Of a stretch of DNA of 64,000 bases, positions 53,401 to 64,000 are shown piece by piece (positions within the stretch are counted from its first letter, which is position 1; the number at the start of each line of letters is the position of its first letter). The stretch comes from Eledone cirrhosa (taxonomy: Eukaryota). The notes under the pieces are model-generated. The model was given only the letters and a program-made list of their open reading frames with translations, did no database searches and had not been told where the DNA came from. The position numbers and the translations under genes were made by a program. The stretch spans positions 18,972,001 to 19,036,000 of the forward strand of contig OZ024764.1 of assembly GCA_964016885.1 (NCBI GenBank), read 5' to 3'.

Positions 53401-56400
53401 AAAGTGGTCATGTAGGTGTCAGAACAAAAAGTACCCAGTCCACACTGTAAAGTGGTCATGTAGGTGTCACAACAAAAAGTACCCAGTCCACCCTGTAAAG
53501 TGGTCATATATGTGTCACAACAAAAATTACCCAGTCCACCCTGTAAAGTGGTCATGTATGTGTCACAACAAAAAGTACCCAGTCCACACTGTAAAGTGGT
53601 CATGTATGTGTCACAACAAAAAGTACCCAGTCCACACTGTAAAGTGGTCATGTAGGTGTCACAACAAAAAGTACCCAGTCCACACTGTAAAGTGGTCATG
53701 TAGGTGTCATAACAAAAAGTACCCAGTCCACACTGTAGAGTGGTCAGGTAGGTATCATGACAAAAAGTACCCAGTCCACACTGTAAAGTGGTCATGTAGG
53801 TGTCACAACAAAAAGTACCCAGTCCACACTGTAAAGTGGTCATGTAGGTGTCATAACAAAAAGTACCCAGTCCACACTGTAAAGTGGTCATGTAGGTGTC
53901 ACAACAAAAAGTACCCAGTCCACACTGTAAAGTGGTCATGTAGGTGTCACAACAAAAAGTACCCAGTCCACACTGTAAAGTGGTCATGTAGGTGTCATAA
54001 CAAAAAGTACCCAGTCCACACTGTAAAGTGGGCAGGTAGGTGTCACAACAAAAAGTACCCAGTCCACACTGTAAAGTGGTCATGTAGGTGTCACAACAAA
54101 AAGTACCCAGTCCACACTGTAAAGTGGTCATGTATGTGTCACAACAAAAAGTACCCAGTCCACACTGTAAAGTGGTCATGTAGGTGTCATAACAAAAAGT
54201 ACCCAGTCCACACTGTAGAGTGGTCAGGTAGGTATCATGACAAAAAGTACCCAGTCCACACTGTAAAGTGGTCATGTAGGTGTCACAACAAAAAGTACCC
54301 AGTCCACACTGTAAAGTGGTCATGTAGGTGTCATAACAAAAAGTACCCAGTCCACACTGTAAAGTGGTCAGGTAGGTGTCACAACAAAAAGTACCCAGTC
54401 CACACTGTAAAGTGGTCATGTAGGTGTCATAACAAAAAGTACCCAGTCCACACTGTAAAGTGGTCAGGTAGGTGGCACAACAAAAAGTACCCAGTCCACA
54501 CTGTAAAGTGGTCATGTAGGTGTCACAACAAAAAGTACCAAGTCCACACTGTAGAGTGGTCAGGTAGGTATCATGACAAAAAGTACCCAGTCCACACTGT
54601 AAAGTGGTCATGTAGGTGTCATAACAAAAAGTACCCAGTCCACACTGTAAAGTGGTCAGGTAGGTGGCACAACAAAAAGTACCCAGTCCACACTGTAAAG
54701 TGGTCATGTAGGTGTCACAACAAAAAGTACCAAGTCCACACTGTAGAGTGGTCAGGTAGGTATCATGACAAAAAGTACCCAGTCCACACTGTAAAGTGGT
54801 CATGTAGGTATCATGACAAAAAGTACCCAGTCCACACTGTAAAGTGGTAATGTAGGTGTCACAAAAAAAAACAACACCCAGTCCACACTGTAAAGTGGTC
54901 ATGTAGGTGTCACATCAAAAAGTACCCAGTCCACACTGTAAAGTGGTCATGTAGGTGTCACAACAAAAAGTACCCAGGCCACACTGTAAAGCGGTCATGT
55001 AGGTGTCACAACAAAAAGTACCCAGTCCACACTGTAAAGTGGTCATGTAGGTGTCACAACAAAAAGTACCCAGTCCACCCTGTAAAGTGGTCATATATGT
55101 GTCACAACAAAAGGTACCCAGTCCACCCTGTAAAGTGGTCATGTATGTGTCACAACAAAAAGTACCCAGTCCACACTGTAAAGTGGTGATGTAGGTGTCA
55201 CAACAAAAAGTACCCAGTCCACACTGTAAAGTGGACATGTAGGTGTCATGACAAAAAGTACCCAGTCCACACTGTAAAGTGGTCATGTAGGTGTCACAAC
55301 AAAAAGTACCCAGTCCACACTGTAAAGTGGTCATGTAGGTGTCACAACAAAAAGTACCCAGTCCACACTGTAAAGTGGTCATGTAGGTGTCACAACAAAA
55401 AGTACCCAGGCCACACTGTAAAGTGGTCATGTAGGTGTCACAACAAAAAGTACCCAGTCCACACTGTAAAGTGGTCATGTAGGTGTCACAACAAAAAGTA
55501 CCCAGTCCACCCTGTAAAGTGGTCATATATGTGTCACAACAAAAGGTACCCAGTCCACCCTGTAAAGTGGTCATGTATGTGTCACAACAAAAAGTACCCA
55601 GTCCACACTGTAAAGTGGTCATGTATGTGTCACAACAAAAAGTACCCAGTCCACACTGTAAAGTGGTCATGTAGGTGTCACAACAAAAAGTACCCAGTCC
55701 ACACTGTAAAGTGGTCATGTAGGTGTCACAACAAAAAGTACCCAGTCCACACTGTAAAGTGGTCATGTAGGTGTCACAACAAAAAGTACCCAGTCCACAC
55801 TGTAAAGTGGTCATGTAGGTGTCACAACAAAAAGTACCCAGTCCACACTGTAAAGTGGTCATGTAGGTGTCACAACAAAAAGTACCCAGTCCAGCCTGTA
55901 AAGTGGTCATATATGTGTCACAACTAAAAGTACCCAGTCCACCCTGTAAAGTGGTCATGTATGTGTCACAACAAAAAGTACCCAGTCCACACTGTAAAGT
56001 GGTCATGTATGTGTCACAACAAAATTACCCAGTCCACACTGTAAAGTGGTCATGTAGGTGTCACAACAAAAAGTACCCAGTCCACACTGTAAAGTGGTCA
56101 TGTAGGTGTCACAACAAAAAGTACCCAGTCCACACTGTAAAGTGGTCATGTAGGTGTCACAACAAAAAGTACCCAGTCCACCCTGTAAAGTGGTCATATA
56201 TGTGTCACAACAAAAGGTACCCAGTCCACCCTGTAAAGTGGTCATGTATGTGTCACAACAAAAAGTACCCAGTCCACACTGTAAAGTGGACATGTAGGTG
56301 TCATAACAAAAAGTACCCAGTCCACACTGTAAAGTGGTCATGTAGGTGTCACAACAAAAAGTACCCAGTCCACACTGTAAAGTGGTCATGTAGGTGTCAC

Positions 56401-57308
56401 AACAAAAAGTACCCAGTCCACACTGTAAAGTGGTCATGTAGGTGTCACAACAAAAAGTACCCAGGCCACACTGTAAAGTGGTCATGTAGGTGTCACAACA
56501 AAAAGTACCCAGTCCACACTGTAAAGTGGTCATGTAGGTGTCACAACAAAAAGTACCCAGTCCACACTGTAAAGTGGTCATGTAGGTGTCACAACAAAAA
56601 GTACCCAGTCCACACTGTAAAGTGGTGATGTAGGTGTCACAACAAAAAGTACCCAGTCCACACTGTAAAGTGGACATGTAGGTGTCATGACAAAAAGTAC
56701 CCAGTCCACACTGTAAAGTGGTCATGTAGGTGTCACAACAAAAAGTACCCAGTCCACACTGTAAAGTGGTCATGTAGGTGTCACAACAAAAAGTACCCAG
56801 TCCACACTGTAAAGTGGTCATGTAGGTGTCACAACAAAAAGTACCCAGGCCACACTGTAAAGCGGTCATGTAGGTGTCACAACAAAAAGTACCCAGTCCA
56901 CACTGTAAAGTGGTCATGTAGGTGTCACAACAAAAAGTACCCAGTCCACCCTGTAAAGTGGTCATATATGTGTCACAACAAAAGGTACCCAGTCCACCCT
57001 GTAAAGTGGTCATGTATGTGTCACAACAAAAAGTACCCAGTCCACACTGTAAAGTGGTGATGTAGGTGTCACAACAAAAAGTACCCAGTCCACACTGTAA
57101 AGTGGACATGTAGGTGTCATGACAAAAAGTACCCAGTCCACACTGTAAAGTGGTCATGTAGGTGTCACAACAAAAAGTACCCAGTCCACACTGTAAAGTG
57201 GTCATGTAGGTGTCACAACAAAAAGTACCCAGTCCACACTGTAAAGTGGTCATGTAGGTGTCACAACAAAAAGTACCCAGGCCACACTGTAAAGTGGTCA
57301 TGTAGGTG

Positions 57309-60300
57309 TCACAACAAAAAGTACCCAGTCCACACTGTAAAGTGGTCATGTAGGTGTCACAACAAAAAGTACCCAGTCCACCCTGTAAAGTGGTCATATA
57401 TGTGTCACAACAAAGGGTACCCAGTCCACCCTGTAAAGTGGTCATGTATGTGTCACAACAAAAAGTACCCAGTCCACACTGTAAAGTGGTCATGTATGTG
57501 TCACAACAAAAAGTACCCAGTCCACACTGTAAAGTGGTCATGTAGGTGTCACAACAAAAAGTACCCAGTCCACACTGTAAAGTGGTCATGTAGGTGTCAC
57601 AACAAAAAGTACCCAGTCCACACTGTAAAGTGGTCATGTAGGTGTCACAACAAAAAGTACCCAGTCCACACTGTAAAGTGGTCATGTAGGTGTCACAACA
57701 AAAAGTACCCAGTCCACACTGTAAAGTGGTCATGTAGGTGTCACAACAAAAAGTACCCAGTCCAGCCTGTAAAGTGGTCATATATGTGTCACAACAAAAA
57801 GTACCCAGTCCACCCTGTAAAGTGGTCATGTATGTGTCACAACAAAAAGTACCCAGTCCACACTGTAAAGTGGTCATGTATGTGTCACAACAAAATTACC
57901 CAGTCCACACTGTAAAGTGGTCATGTAGGTGTCACAACAAAAAGTACCCAGTCCACACTGTAAAGTGGTCATGTAGGTGTCATAACAAAAAGTACCCAGT
58001 CCACACTGTAGAGTGGTCAGGTAGGTATCATGACAAAAAGTACCCAGTCCACACTGTAAAGTGGTCATGTAGGTGTCACAACAAAAAGTACCCAGTCCAC
58101 ACTGTAAAGTGGTCATGTAGGTGTCATAACAAAAAGTACCCAGTCCACACTATAAAGTGGTCAGGTAGGTGTCACAACAAAAAGTACCCAGTCCACACTG
58201 TAAAGTGGTCATGTAGGTGTCACAACAAAAAGTACCCAGTCCACACTGTAAAGTGGTCATGTAGGTGTCATAACAAAAAGTACCCAGTCCACACTGTAAA
58301 GTGGTCAGGTAGGTGTCACAACAAAAAGTACCCAGTCCACACTGTAAAGTGGTCATGTAGGTGTCACAACAAAAAGTACCCAGTCCACACTGTAACGTGG
58401 TCATGTAGGTGTCACAACAAAAAGTACCCAGTCCACACTGTAAAGTGGTCATGTAGGTGTCACAACAAAAAGTACCCAGTCCACACTGTAAAGTGGTCAT
58501 GTAGGTGTCACAACAAAAAGTACCCAGTCCACACTGTAAAGTGGTCATGTAGGTGTCACAACAAAAAGTACCCAGTCCACCCTGTAAAGTGGTCATATAT
58601 GTGTCACAACAAAAATTACCCAGTCCACCCTGTAAAGTGGTCATGTATGTGTCACAACAAAAAGTACCCAGTCCACACTGTAAAGTGGTCATGTATGTGT
58701 CACAACAAAAAGTACCCAGTCCACACTGTAAAGTGGTCATGTAGGTGTCACAACAAAAAGTACCCAGTCCACACTGTAAAGTGGTCATGTAGGTGTCACA
58801 ACAAAAAGTACCCAGTCCACACTGTAAAGTGGTCATGTAGGTGTCACAACAAAAAGTACCCAGTCCACCCTGTAAAGTGGTCATATATGTGTCACAACAA
58901 AAGGTACCCAGTCCACCCTGTAAAGTGGTCATGTATGTGTCACAACAAAAAGTACCCAGTCCACACTGTAAAGTGGACGTGTAGGTGTCATAACAAAAAG
59001 TACCCAGTCCACACTGTAAAGTGGTCATGTAGGTGTCACAACAAAAAGTACCCAGTCCACACTGTAAAGTGGTCATGTAGGTGTCACAACAAAAAGTACC
59101 CAGTCCACACTGTAAAGTGGTCATGTAGGTGTCACAACAAAAAGTACCCAGGCCACACTGTAAAGTGGTCATGTAGGTGTCACAACAAAAAGTACCCAGT
59201 CCACACTGTAAAGTGGTCATGTAGGTGTCACAACAAAAAGTACCCAGTCCACACTGTAAAGTGGTCATGTAGGTGTCACAACAAAAAGTACCCAGTCCAC
59301 ACTGTAAAGTGGTGATGTAGGTGTCACAACAAAAAGTACCCAGTCCACACTGTAAAGTGGACATGTAGGTGTCATGACAAAAAGTACCCAGTCCACACTG
59401 TAAAGTGGTCATGTAGGTGTCACAACAAAAAGTACCCAGTCCACACTGTAAAGTGGTCATGTAGGTGTCACAACAAAAAGTACCCAGTCCACACTGTAAA
59501 GTGGTCATGTAGGTGTCACAACAAAAAGTACCCAGGCCACACTGTAAAGCGGTCATGTAGGTGTCACAACAAAAAGTACCCAGTCCACACTGTAAAGTGG
59601 TCATGTAGGTGTCACAACAAAAAGTACCCAGTCCACCCTGTAAAGTGGTCATATATGTGTCACAACAAAAGGTACCCAGTCCACCCTGTAAAGTGGTCAT
59701 GTATGTGTCACAACAAAAAGTACCCAGTCCACACTGTAAAGTGGTGATGTAGGTGTCACAACAAAAAGTACCCAGTCCACACTGTAAAGTGGACATGTAG
59801 GTGTCATGACAAAAAGTACCCAGTCCACACTGTAAAGTGGTCATGTAGGTGTCACAACAAAAAGTACCCAGTCCACACTGTAAAGTGGTCATGTAGGTGT
59901 CACAACAAAAAGTACCCAGGCCACACTGTAAAGTGGTCATGTAGGTGTCACAACAAAAAGTACCCAGTCCACACTGTAAAGTGGTCATGTAGGTGTCACA
60001 ACAAAAAGTACCCAGTCCACCCTGTAAAGTGGTCATATATGTGTCACAACAAAAGGTACCCAGTCCACCCTGTAAAGTGGTCATGTATGTGTCACAACAA
60101 AAAGTACCCAGTCCACACTGTAAAGTGGTCATGTATGTGTCACAACAAAAAGTACCCAGTCCACACTGTAAAGTGGTCATGTAGGTGTCACAACAAAAAG
60201 TACCCAGTCCACACTGTAAAGTGGTCATGTAGGTGTCACAACAAAAAGTACCCAGTCCACACTGTAAAGTGGTCATGTAGGTGTCACAACAAAAAGTACC

Positions 60301-63300
60301 CAGTCCACACTGTAAAGTGGTCATGTAGGTATCACAACAAAAAGTACCCAGTCCACACTGTAAAGTGGTCATGTAGGTGTCACAACAAAAAGTACCCAGT
60401 CCACCCTGTAAAGTGGTCATATATGTGTCACAACAAAGGGTACCCAGTCCACCCTGTAAAGTGGTCATGTATGTGTCACAACAAAAAGTACCCAGTCCAC
60501 ACTGTAAAGTGGTCATGTATGTGTCACAACAAAAAGTACCCAGTCCACACTGTAAAGTGGTCATGTAGGTGTCACAACAAAAAGTACCCAGTCCACACTG
60601 TAAAGTGGTCATGTAGGTGTCACAACAAAAAGTACCCAGTCCACACTGTAAAGTGGTCATGTAGGTGTCACAACAAAAAGTACCCAGTCCACACTGTAAA
60701 GTGGTCATGTAGGTGTCACAACAAAAAGTACCCAGTCCACACTGTAAAGTGGTCATGTAGGTGTCACAACAAAAAGTACCCAGTCCAGCCTGTAAAGTGG
60801 TCATATATGTGTCACAACAAAAAGTACCCAGTCCACCCTGTAAAGTGGTCATGTATGTGTCACAACAAAAAGTACCCAGTCCACACTGTAAAGTGGTCAT
60901 GTATGTGTCACAACAAAATTACCCAGTCCACACTGTAAAGTGGTCATGTAGGTGTCACAACAAAAAGTACCCAGTCCACACTGTAAAGTGGTCATGTAGG
61001 TGTCATAACAAAAAGTACCCAGTCCACACTGTAGAGTGGTCAGGTAGGTATCATGACAAAAAGTACCCAGTCCACACTGTAAAGTGGTCATGTAGGTGTC
61101 ACAACAAAAAGTACCCAGTCCACACTGTAAAGTGGTCATGTAGGTGTCATAACAAAAAGTACCCAGTCCACACTATAAAGTGGTCAGGTAGGTGTCACAA
61201 CAAAAAGTACCCAGTCCACACTGTAAAGTGGTCATGTAGGTGTCACAACAAAAAGTACCCAGTCCACACTGTAAAGTGGTCATGTAGGTGTCATAACAAA
61301 AAGTACCCAGTCCACACTGTAAAGTGGTCAGGTAGGTGTCACAACAAAAAGTACCCAGTCCACACTGTAAAGTGGTCATGTAGGTGTCACAACAAAAAGT
61401 ACCCAGTCCACACTGTAACGTGGTCATGTAGGTGTCACAACAAAAAGTACCCAGTCCACACTGTAAAGTGGTCATGTAGGTGTCACAACAAAAAGTACCC
61501 AGTCCACACTGTAAAGTGGTCATGTAGGTGTCACAACAAAAAGTACCCAGTCCACACTGTAAAGTGGTCATGTAGGTGTCACAACAAAAAGTACCCAGTC
61601 CACCCTGTAAAGTGGTCATATATGTGTCACAACAAAAATTACCCAGTCCACCCTGTAAAGTGGTCATGTATGTGTCACAACAAAAAGTACCCAGTCCACA
61701 CTGTAAAGTGGTCATGTATGTGTCACAACAAAAAGTACCCAGTCCACACTGTAAAGTGGTCATGTAGGTGTCACAACAAAAAGTACCCAGTCCACACTGT
61801 AAAGTGGTCATGTAGGTGTCACAACAAAAAGTACCCAGTCCACACTGTAAAGTGGTCATGTAGGTGTCACAACAAAAAGTACCCAGTCCACCCTGTAAAG
61901 TGGTCATATATGTGTCACAACAAAAGGTACCCAGTCCACCCTGTAAAGTGGTCATGTATGTGTCACAACAAAAAGTACCCAGTCCACACTGTAAAGTGGA
62001 CGTGTAGGTGTCATAACAAAAAGTACCCAGTCCACACTGTAAAGTGGTCATGTAGGTGTCACAACAAAAAGTACCCAGTCCACACTGTAAAGTGGTCATG
62101 TAGGTGTCACAACAAAAAGTACCCAGTCCACACTGTAAAGTGGTCATGTAGGTGTCACAACAAAAAGTACCCAGGCCACACTGTAAAGTGGTCATGTAGG
62201 TGTCACAACAAAAAGTACCCAGTCCACACTGTAAAGTGGTCATGTAGGTGTCACAACAAAAAGTACCCAGTCCACACTGTAAAGTGGTCATGTAGGTGTC
62301 ACAACAAAAAGTACCCAGTCCACACTGTAAAGTGGTGATGTAGGTGTCACAACAAAAAGTACCCAGTCCACACTGTAAAGTGGACATGTAGGTGTCATGA
62401 CAAAAAGTACCCAGTCCACACTGTAAAGTGGTCATGTAGGTGTCACAACAAAAAGTACCCAGTCCACACTGTAAAGTGGTCATGTAGGTGTCACAACAAA
62501 AAGTACCCAGTCCACACTGTAAAGTGGTCATGTAGGTGTCACAACAAAAAGTACCCAGGCCACACTGTAAAGCGGTCATGTAGGTGTCACAACAAAAAGT
62601 ACCCAGTCCACACTGTAAAGTGGTCATGTAGGTGTCACAACAAAAAGTACCCAGTCCACCCTGTAAAGTGGTCATATATGTGTCACAACAAAAGGTACCC
62701 AGTCCACCCTGTAAAGTGGTCATGTATGTGTCACAACAAAAAGTACCCAGTCCACACTGTAAAGTGGTGATGTAGGTGTCACAACAAAAAGTACCCAGTC
62801 CACACTGTAAAGTGGACATGTAGGTGTCATGACAAAAAGTACCCAGTCCACACTGTAAAGTGGTCATGTAGGTGTCACAACAAAAAGTACCCAGTCCACA
62901 CTGTAAAGTGGTCATGTAGGTGTCACAACAAAAAGTACCCAGGCCACACTGTAAAGTGGTCATGTAGGTGTCACAACAAAAAGTACCCAGTCCACACTGT
63001 AAAGTGGTCATGTAGGTGTCACAACAAAAAGTACCCAGTCCACCCTGTAAAGTGGTCATATATGTGTCACAACAAAAGGTACCCAGTCCACCCTGTAAAG
63101 TGGTCATGTATGTGTCACAACAAAAAGTACCCAGTCCACACTGTAAAGTGGTCATGTATGTGTCACAACAAAAAGTACCCAGTCCACACTGTAAAGTGGT
63201 CATGTAGGTGTCACAACAAAAAGTACCCAGTCCACACTGTAAAGTGGTCATGTAGGTGTCACAACAAAAAGTACCCAGTCCACACTGTAAAGTGGTCATG

Positions 63301-63426
63301 TAGGTGTCACAACAAAAAGTACCCAGTCCACACTGTAAAGTGGTCATGTAGGTATCACAACAAAAAGTACCCAGTCCACACTGTAAAGTGGTCATGTAGG
63401 TGTCACAACAAAAAGTACCCAGTCCA
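57309..63426. repeat. Apparently perfect tandem duplication, period 3023 bp (63 monomers: 62x48+47)
   Basis: Markers at +3023: CAAAGGGTAC 57411/60434, GGACGTG 58976/61999, GGTATCACAAC 60328/63351. The 525-aa ORFs 57738..59315 and 60761..62338 are identical. The first flanking mismatches I saw are at 57308/60331 and 60404/63427. Confidence 0.92.
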
Positions 63427-64000
63427 GCCTGTAAAGTGGTCATATATGTGTCACAACAAAAAGTACCCAGTCCACCCTGTAAAGTGGTCATGTATGTGTC
63501 ACAACAAAAAGTACCCAGTCCACACTGTAAAGTGGTCATGTATGTGTCACAACAAAATTACCCAGTCCACACTGTAAAGTGGTCATGTAGGTGTCACAAC
63601 AAAAAGTACCCAGTCCACACTGTAAAGTGGTCATGTAGGTGTCATAACAAAAAGTACCCAGTCCACACTGTAGAGTGGTCAAGTAGGTATCATGACAAAA
63701 AGTACCCAGTCCACACTATAAAGTGGTCAGGTAGGTGTCACAACAAAAAGTACCCAGTCCACACTGTAAAGTGGTCATGTAGGTGTCACAACAAAAAGTA
63801 CCCAGTCCACACTGTAAAGTGGTCATGTAGGTGTCATAACAAAAAGTACCCAGTCCACACTGTAAAGTGGTCAGGTAGGTGTCACAACAAAAAGTACCCA
63901 GTCCACACTGTAAAGTGGTCATGTAGGTGTCACAACAAAAAGTACCCAGTCCACACTGTAACGTGGTCATGTAGGTGTCACAACAAAAAGTACCCAGTCC

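Larger units (their letters stand above)
8542..54885. repeat. Dispersed 51-bp monomer variant (CAC-A9-CAACACCCAG), ~30 copies, usually followed by the 49-bp CACCTCTG monomer
   Basis: Seen at about 8542, 8690, 9559, 9898, 12016, 14034, 15766, 18933, 20473, 21916, 24655, 26915, 28790, 32110-32503 (x4), 33083, 36398, 39761, 41301, 42409, 42989, 44625, 44820, 48903, 50250 and 54860. It translates as GLGVVFFCDTY on the minus strand. Confidence 0.92.
11825..63570. repeat. Dispersed 47-bp monomer variant (TATGTGTCACAACAAAATTACCC), ~17 copies
   Basis: Seen at about 11825, 12358, 16108, 17400, 17543, 17638, 20813, 23506, 27639, 35055, 38610, 47176, 52989, 56015, 57886, 60909 and 63548. It causes the recurrent frameshift ending HNKITQSTL in the ORF track. 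Confidence 0.9.
1..64000. repeat. 48-bp tandem repeat (satellite DNA) array, ~1,330 monomers, truncated by both window edges
   Basis: The consensus AACAAAAAGTACCCAGTCCACACTGTAAAGTGGTCATGTAGGTGTCAC recurs every 48 bp from base 1 to 64000 in one orientation. Most monomers carry no or only a few substitutions. The ORF track shows only 16-aa periodic translations. Confidence 0.99.

Noticed and set aside
268-63970. All listed ORFs (WSCRCHNKKYPVHTVK, MTTLQCGLGTFCCDTY and SQQKVPSPPCKVVMY repeats) as genes
   Set aside because: They are translations of a 48-bp (16-codon) repeat, overlap on both strands, have no unique domains, and start or stop only at repeat variants and frameshifting monomers.
1-64000. 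CRISPR array
   Set aside because: There are no unique spacers, since the whole period is conserved, and no cas genes or leader, despite the internal dyad.
1-64000. Satellite-encoded hammerhead ribozyme or other structured RNA
   Set aside because: No CTGANGA/GAAA core on either strand. There is only a 4-bp CACT-GTAA-AGTG stem, which common variants (CCCT, TGTG, CGTG) break.
1-64000. Identity with known 48-bp repeats (human CER/D22Z3 satellite, DRD4 VNTR)
   Set aside because: Only the length is shared. The sequence does not resemble those units as I recall them, and no search was run.
1-64000. Whole window as a synthetic or collapsed-assembly artefact
   Set aside because: Hierarchical, lineage-like sharing of rare variants and diverged duplicates fits natural satellite evolution, although local misassembly cannot be excluded.

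Overview
The whole 64,000-bp window is one uninterrupted, head-to-tail, single-orientation tandem array (satellite or very long minisatellite) of a 48-bp monomer, about 1,330 copies. The consensus is AACAAAAAGTACCCAGTCCACACTGTAAAGTGGTCATGTAGGTGTCAC (21/48 GC, no CpG). I saw no unique sequence, inversion, transposon insertion, RNA gene or credible protein-coding gene. The many ORFs arise because 48 is a multiple of 3 and two of the six frames lack stops. The array runs past both window ends; such an array is typical of eukaryotic heterochromatin (inference). The information lies in the variants: recurrent 47-, 49- and 51-bp monomers, linked SNV cassettes, nested 3/4/8/9/16-mer periods, kb-scale block duplications (offsets 1969, 3750, 4135, 3555, 3023 bp and others) and left-to-right turnover of markers. 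The monomer has an imperfect dyad that many recurrent variants make more symmetric, and it loosely resembles an RSS (heptamer-24 bp-nonamer). Functional readings of both are speculative. I cannot claim a new biological system from this window. Block boundaries and counts were read by eye and are approximate.
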